This document shows positions 40,046 to 46,657 of a stretch of 46,657 nt of DNA, one piece after another. Both the position numbers and the translations under genes were made by a program. The notes below the pieces were generated by a model. That model saw only the letters and a list, made by a program, of their open reading frames with translations, was not told where the DNA came from and searched no databases. The stretch comes from Octopus bimaculoides (taxonomy: Eukaryota): assembly GCF_001194135.2 (NCBI RefSeq), contig NC_068993.1, forward strand, positions 23,919,604-23,966,260, written 5' to 3'. The first letter of the stretch is position 1, and the number at the start of each line of letters is the position of its first letter.

Positions 40046-40290
40046 ATTCACACACTACTGAGTGTGAATAATATACTTAAGGTCAACATTTACTCAATCA
40101 CGACCACCTCTAGGCTTTATCACTAATTCAGTTTTGTGCCAAATTTGACGATGTTTACACACTTGTAGAGTGGTCACATCCTAGCTACATTTTGAGCTAC
40201 AAAATTTTTAATTTGGTTCAGTAGAAACAAAGTTAACGTTTCAAATATGTGAGGTCAAAAACGGGAGAATAACGCATGAAATCGACTTCA
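40046..40290. repeat. Third, truncated copy of the hairpin-headed repeat
   Basis: Colinear with the first ~240 nt of the 38227 and 38864 units. Confidence 0.8.
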
Positions 40291-41717
40291 GGGATATACA
40301 CGCGACGCTACATGCATACTCTCGTAAACACACACAAATACATACAAACAATACACACACACGCGCACATGCACATAGACATAAGTAACTTTTAAAACGC
40401 CAACGGAGGGAAACAAAGGTGAGTGTGACGAATACGTAGCGTTGAGAGAGAGGGTAAGTTGACAACAATTGATGACAAGTGGACAACTTTTCTACTGTCC
40501 ATCGCAGACACTTTACACACGGACATACACACACATACATACACACTCACACGCACACACACACACACACACACACGAGCGCGCGCACACACACANNNNN
40601 NNNNNTATAGACCTACGTACATGCATATGTGCATACATACTGCAGAAAAATTCTACTGAGGTTTATATTTTAATCATTTTCACCTAATCAGAAGACGGGA
40701 TTTACAAGCTCGCATTTTCTTCATCACAGTTGTCTATCACAAGATGAAAGCAAAATCATTATGCGAAGAGAAATTCTTACTAAACAAACGAAAGCTAAGC
40801 ATTACGACTGCAAAACTCGTAAGAACTTCTGAGGTTCTAATAAGCTCTTTTGTTTGCTTTTTAACTTTAATTCCTTTTAAACTTTAATTAAGAGTAGTAG
40901 AATTTGGATTATTACTTCTTAGGGTAAATTTGCAATCTTTTTGCTTTCAGGTGGTATGATTGGATTTTCAGAGTAGCAGCTTTCAGATTTTTCTATTTTC
41001 AGGCAAGTTGACAAGAACAGTATCTGAAGTGCAGGCTTTATTTTTATTTTGCATGAATTTTGACTAGCAAACTGCCTTACGGTGGATGCATTAGCTATTT
41101 TTGCATTTTTAAAAATTCTATATTAGCCATGGCTTTACTATTTATATGATCAGATTCTCTTACTATACATTTGATATATTTTCATACCTCTTCTCGCTAG
41201 CTCTTCTTACTATATATAGATTTAGCTTATGTATTTCTTGATTTATAACAAAATGTATATTACATTAATATTCATTTTCATATGGAAAATTATTTTTCAT
41301 AATGAATTTTCGCACATTCTTCTTTGACGCGTTCGTTGTTTCTTTCTTTCAATGAGCAAACCTGAAGGTTTCTAATAATGATGTTCAGAAAAAGCAAAAC
41401 GGCATGTGGCGCCCCCCTGCTTTACGGTGGAGGCAGTGGCTATTTCTGCACTTTTAAAATCATTTTTGTTAGCCAAGGCAACGAAACCCTGTCCAGATAA
41501 CTTTTTCTTATTTTTAGAATTTAAGAGAAACTATGTGAATAAAATTTTTATTTTAATTCAATCAGCAATGAAAAAAAATTTTAATATTTTTTACGAAAAG
41601 AATATTAATTAGTTTTATTGCATTGCCTGGGAAAAAATGGATTATAATGAAAAATGTGGGCACATGCATTTTAATATTAAGTTATTACACTTGGAAAAGT
41701 ACCGAACAAGATTTCTA

Positions 41718-41785
41718 CAGTAGAATTTTCCTATTTCGTCTCCTGTAAAGGAAACTAAAAACTACGTAAAATTAAAATTCTACTG
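41718..41785. mobile_element. 68-bp TA-flanked unit with TIR CAGTAGAATT (MITE-like)
   Basis: TA-CAGTAGAATT...AATTCTACTG-TA. Related units at 42188-42288 and, inverted, at 43672-43743. Confidence 0.55.
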
Positions 41786-42651
41786 TACTTAAAATATTGC
41801 AGCCGAGAATAATATTTTTGAAATCAAAATACATTATAGGAGGCAAATTTGAGGTAATTTATTATATATATTATGAGAATCTAAAAATCAAGTGAACAAA
41901 TTTTTTTTAAATCATGTTTTTGGAAATATAAAATTAAAAGAGTCATTTTATTTAGTTGTATCAATTCAAACAATATAATATGAAGTTGTAAATAATATTG
42001 CACAAGATTTTTTTTCACTTTAATTGAAATTCCATTACAAAAACAAAAACAAAACAAAACATTGATTGCAGTAGAATGTTCATGAAATAGTTTCAAATCA
42101 ACCATATGTAAAATTAATTCTTCCACATTAAAAAAATATTAACCTGACAAATAAATCATAAGTAAATTTTTTTAGCTAGCATTGATGCAGTAGAATTAGT
42201 CTAATTCGTCTTTGGCTAATTCTTTACTTCATCTAATTTATCTCTTTCAATATTCTTCTAAAGATGATTAATTCGCCGAATTCTACTGTACTTTTAAAAA
42301 TTAATGTTATTTTATTCCATTTTAAAAATTCTGCTTATTCCCAAAATAATCTCATGGGCTTCAATACAGACTTAAATAATTTCACTTAAATAATTAATGT
42401 TAATTCTCTAAATGAAGTATTAACAGTAACTGCACGATAAAGTGTAGTATATTGCCACTTAAGTGTGGCTGACCCCTAGGGGTGGATGTTACTGTTGCTT
42501 TTAGCCCCAGGAGGACATCTCCTCCAGCTGGCTTATCGACACACGACTGTGTCCTGTTTGCCAAGGGAAGGTATCCCTCTCACCATGATCTGTAGCACGA
42601 TAGATATAAGATTGCCAGGTTTTTGTCTCTCTCACCAGGGTCAGTGGCTGT

Positions 42652-42696
42652 CGAACGCCGACGAAGGGAAATAACCCTGAAATCCGGATCCGTTCG
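42652..42696 (+). ncRNA. Minimal type I hammerhead ribozyme motif
   Basis: Helix I CGAACG/CGTTCG; core CCGACGA; helix II AGGG-aaataa-CCCT; GAAA; palindromic helix III TCCGGA; TC, giving an AUC triplet with predicted cleavage after 42690. Helix I extends further (GTGGC/GCTAC; TCTCTCTCACCA/TGGTGAGAGGGA). Confidence 0.82.
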
Positions 42697-43272
42697 TGCT
42701 ACAGATCATGGTGAGAGGGATAACNNNNNNNNNNNNNNNNNNNNNNNNNNNNNNNNNNNNNNNNNNNNNNNNNNNNNNNNNNNNNNNNNNNNNNNNNNNN
42801 NNNNNNNNNNNNNNNNNNNNNNNNNNNNNNNNNNNNNNNNNNNNNNNNNNNNNNNNNNNNNNNNNNNNNNNNNNNNNNNNNNNNNNNNNNNNNNNNNNNN
42901 NNNNNNNNNNNNNNNNNNNNNNNNNNNNNNNNNNNNNNNNNNNNNNNNNNNNNNNNNNNNNNNNNNNNNNNNNNNNNNNNNNNNNNNNNNNNNNNNNNNN
43001 NNNNNNNNNNNNNNNNNNNNNNNNNNNNNNNNNNNNNNNNNNNNNNNNNNNNNNNNNNNNNNNNNNNNNNNNNNNNNNNNNNNNNNNNNNNNNNNNNNNN
43101 NNNNNNNNNNNNNNNNNNNNNNNNNNNNNNNNNNNNNNNNNNNNNNNNNNNNNNNNNNNNNNNNNNNNNNNNNNNNNNNNNNNNNNNNNNNNNNNNNNNN
43201 NNNNNNNNNNNNNNNNNNNNNTAGATATAAGATTGCCAGGTTTTTGTCTCTCTCACCAGGGTCAGTGGCTGT

Positions 43273-43317
43273 CGAACGCCGACGAAGAGAAATAACCCTG
43301 AAATCCGGATCCGTTCG
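43273..43317 (+). ncRNA. Second copy of the hammerhead motif (true tandem copy or overlap artefact)
   Basis: Identical to 42652-42696 except helix II AGAG instead of AGGG. Confidence 0.6.
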
Positions 43318-44381
43318 TGCTACAGATCATGGTGAGAGGGATAACGTCCCTTGGCAAACAGGACACAGTCGTGTGTCGATAAGCCAGCTGGAGGAGATGT
43401 CCTCCTGGGGCTAAAAGCAACAGTAACATCCACCCCTAGGGGTCAGCCACACTTAAGTGACAATATACTACACTTAAATAATTGTTTTGTGAAAATGATA
43501 AAAATTATCGGGGTTATACATGAAAAGAGATTCTGAATGTAAGCCCATTGCCTTAAAATCGGTTGGGCTTATTTTTGTCAAAACCCAGAAATGTTTTTAC
43601 AATTTTTGTTTTAATATAATATAGTAAATTCTAAGAAATGTTGTTCTCAGTTGCAATAATGTTTGCAAGTACAGTAGAATTCTAATTTTAAGAATTCTTT
43701 AGTTTCCTTTAGAGGTGACGAATTAGGCAGAAATCGTATTCTGTACTTTTCCAGGTGTAACAACCTAAGAGTATTAATATGCATGCGCCCGCAGTTTTCA
43801 TTGTAATACTTATATGCGTAACATTTTTCGCAGTAACATTGAAATACAATCCAAGATGAATGCATCAAGGTTTGATGGGGGATACAAAGGATATCAGGAA
43901 CATAAGCTGCACCAAGACAAGTATAAACAACTATTGCAATTTGATATATAATGGAGGTTTTATTCAAATTGTGAGAGATATCCATATGTGAAGATAAAAA
44001 GACAGTATTTAGAGCAGCATGAACTTTTCTAATTTAAACTGAAATGAAATAAAGTAGAGTAGAGTAAACCAAGAAAAGTAACAAAATTCAGTTTTCTCAG
44101 TAGAAAAAATTATGTTAGAGACTAATATGCTTATGTGTATACGTCTCTGTGCCTAAGCCTATACGTAAACGTGCATAATTTCTTCCAGGTTTGAAATATT
44201 GACGAAGTTGCTTACCTATGTGTATGTTTAGATATATATAACAAGAGAAAATTTCTACAAGAGATGAAAGTATTAACTATACTAAGAAGTAATGTTTACC
44301 GCCACATCAATATGGCTGTTTCATGTTACTACCATTTTGAACCGCGGAGAAAGCCTCCTCCAGCTGACTGTCGGTTCAATC

Positions 44382-45842
44382 TGTCCCTGGTATAACGATT
44401 TCAAGTTACCCCCAGTTCAAGGTAACTCGCGGTAATCTTAAGTCGATTTCAGATTACCAGGGGTAGCCTGAAAGCGATTTCAAATCACCCTCGCGCTGTT
44501 CACATTACCCCAAGTTTGCTGTATTAATAAATTCTGAGACTTACAACTCCTGATATTTTTATAACATAAAATACGGATTACATTCAAGATTGTAAACTAA
44601 TCTTAGAATATGAAAAGACAAAAAGATCAGATATTTTTAAACACTTTTATGTTGCATTGAAAAGATACATGTCGAATATAAGAGATTCTGTGTTTGCAAT
44701 TTCTTTTTTAATAAAAACATTTTTTTTTTTGTTAATAAAGGAAGTGATTTGGATTAGAGTACTTTTTTCTATAGATATGTAGCAGATGAATGTTGTTTAT
44801 AGTGAACTGAGTTGAGTTGACAGAATGTAACGACAAGAGATTGATTTTATATATAAACGAAAATTTAGTTATACACTGTAAATTGGTAACGAAATGTATT
44901 TATATACATTCAAACCTCACTGCAGTTTTAGTTTCGAGCTTGGGCATCTTGATTTTCGTAATCTGTTTTTCGTTTTTTACTTTCTGTTGGTTGCTCAATA
45001 TATCGAGTGAGGTTGGTAGCATTTACTTTCTTTCCTAGTAATTTATTGTTATTTGAATGTCGATAGGTGTTTTTGCCACAAACTCCTGCAACAGTGTAAG
45101 GACCTGAGCGGTGTTCCGTAAAATAACCTCCCTTTCTGTCCCCTCAAATTACGTTTTTGAGCGGAACTTTATTTCCAATATTGAACTACTTTTGCTCGTG
45201 CTTTCTATGGTATTGTTCTTTTTGAAGGACTTAGCTATTCTAATGCTGGAGGCAACTAGAGAAATCATACTGTCCCGAATAGCTGTCATAACATCAATTT
45301 TCTCTGGATATAGATTGATCGTTCGCAAAATTGTCCCGGCCTTTGGTAGTTGGGTTGTGTTGTAGTTCAACTGGAAGTCTCGCTTGCCTATTGTATACAA
45401 TGTTTGGCTGTTCGATACGCGAAGACAACTGCTGGTAAGCATTCAACCCAGTTGCCACGGTCATCAAGAGATTTGATAAAAGCATCTTTTATAGTGCGTT
45501 TCTGTCGCTCTACGAGGAAATTTGCTGCTGTGTTCATGTCAGTTTATATAGTTCTGAAAACACTCTGTTTACGAATTCTCTTCTTTGGTCATTTATCTGA
45601 ATATTTATACAGCCATGCCGACATATAACATCCTCGAGGAGAGACTTTCTTTGTTTGATCTTTCAAAGGTCGAGCCTCAAGCCATTTGTAAAAGTAATCC
45701 ATTGTAACAATGGTGAGGGTAATTTGAAATTGTAAGGAGTAACTTGAAATCGATTTCAAATTAACCCCGGGAGTAATTTGAAAGCGATTTCAAGTTACCT
45801 GGGGGTAAACTAAATAAGAGTTAATCTGAAATCGCTATACCA
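44382..45842 (-). mobile_element. Ginger/Gypsy-integrase-like element, internally deleted, with repetitive inverted termini
   Basis: Minus 45700-45080 gives MDYFYKWLEARPLKD...EDVICRHGC..IQINDQRREFVN...VERQKRTIK...FAYRT...YNRQARLP...DRKGG...GPYTV (rve core plus GPY/F). Inverted arrays of CGATTTCAA(G/A)TTACC lie at 44389-44490 and 45718-45842; the left end begins TGT. Confidence 0.7.
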
Positions 45843-45977
45843 TTATATACTGCAAGCAGGGTAGGAAATCCACACCATCGTCAAGCAGACGACGGGATCA
45901 CCAGACCAAACTGTTTCGGGCTATTTGTGCCCAACGTTAGGGGTAAATACTTGGCCTCTAGAGAGAGCAGGAATTTG
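45842..45977 (-). mobile_element. Short HHR-bearing element, degenerate
   Basis: Minus strand CTAACGT-TGGGC-acaaata-GCCC-GAAA-CAGTTTG-GTC (45940-45904). Homologous to 46139-46280 in the opposite orientation. Confidence 0.55.
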
Positions 45978-46138
45978 CTCCAGCTCGCAATATATAGATA
46001 ACCAAGCAACAATTAGTCACTGATCTTGCAAACAAGCAAAGTAAACTAGTTAGAAAATCCCTATAAATAATCAAAGTATAACTATACTGAAAAGTAATGT
46101 TTATCGTCACATCAGTATAGCTATTCGATGTTACTACC

Positions 46139-46280
46139 GAATTCCTTCCCTCTCTAGCAGCCGCGTATTCAACATTGATCATGGGTACAAATAGACTGAA
46201 ACAGCTCGGTCTCTTGAGCTCGTCGTCTGTTAGCAAATGTTAGGAGTTCACACCCCTGTTTGCAATATATACTGGGTGCA
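46139..46280 (+). mobile_element. Short HHR-bearing element, degenerate
   Basis: TTGATCA-TGGGT-acaaata-GACT-GAAA-CAGCTCG-GTC (46175-46211). Flanks align with 45842-45977. Confidence 0.55.
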
Positions 46281-46344
46281 GATTGCATCGATAACCAGCT
46301 TGAGGAGGCTCTTCCTAGGGTTTGTCGCTGGAAAGAGCATATAG

Positions 46345-46640
46345 TATTTTGCGAGTGGAATGAGCTTTCATCACTAGCTAGTGATTAACAAATGCACGGA
46401 ACGGTTAACCACCCAGAAACTCGAGAGCGTGTGTATCACGCAAGATTAGAGATGGGAGCGATTACCTCCTCTCGCAAATACGAATCGGAGACAGAATGCG
46501 TGTCGTTAACCAGCTGGAAGAGATGTCTTCCTGCGGCTATAAACGTCAGTAGCACTGTCCCGTATAAGACGCCACACTAGGTTGCCAATTATATGTTACG
46601 ATTCCGTGTTGTTACTGTTTATATCTCGCTCAGAGATTTA
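46345..46640 (+). mobile_element. Diverged relative of the 42396 foldback family, single arm
   Basis: CCAGCTGGAAGAGATGTCTTCCTGCGGCTA, GCCACACT, GTTACTGTT and AGAGATTTA blocks align with the 43315-43475 arm and the reverse complement of 42396-42440. Upstream decayed HHR with GAAA-CTCGAG. Confidence 0.7.
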
Positions 46641-46657
46641 TATATATATATATATAT

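Larger units (their letters stand above)
42396..43475. mobile_element. Foldback non-coding element with a central hammerhead ribozyme (PLE/retrozyme-like)
   Basis: Inverted arms 42440-42600 and 43315-43475 match 158/161. Flanking direct repeat CACTTAAATAATT at 42383-42395 and 43471-43483. The left terminus AATGTTAA is shared with the copy at 11838. Confidence 0.85.

Overview
This is AT-rich, microsatellite-rich eukaryotic DNA from a gapped draft assembly (11 N-runs). The SINE families look like those of octopod cephalopods, which is my recognition rather than a database result. I could not identify any host gene exon, and almost all supplied ORFs are microsatellite or N-gap artefacts. The window is mostly mobile DNA: tRNA-derived SINEs, Tc1/mariner remnants and MITEs, and two RTE LINE fragments, one ending in three C2H2 zinc fingers. 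It also holds six same-strand fragments of R4/Dong-like restriction-like-endonuclease (RLE) retrotransposons around TAA-type microsatellites, and a Ginger/Gypsy-like integrase fragment between repetitive inverted termini. The most notable signal is a set of small non-coding elements carrying minimal type I hammerhead ribozyme (HHR) motifs of the kind known from Penelope-like elements (PLEs) and retrozymes. The best copy (42396-43483) is a target-site-duplicated foldback with 161-bp inverted arms and a near-canonical HHR at its centre; the inversion breakpoint lies 3 nt from the predicted cleavage site. A centre-deleted derivative (11838-12068), a diverged relative (46345-46640) and several other decayed HHR-like motifs also occur. 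No ribozyme activity or family assignment has been tested. Coordinates of decayed elements are approximate.
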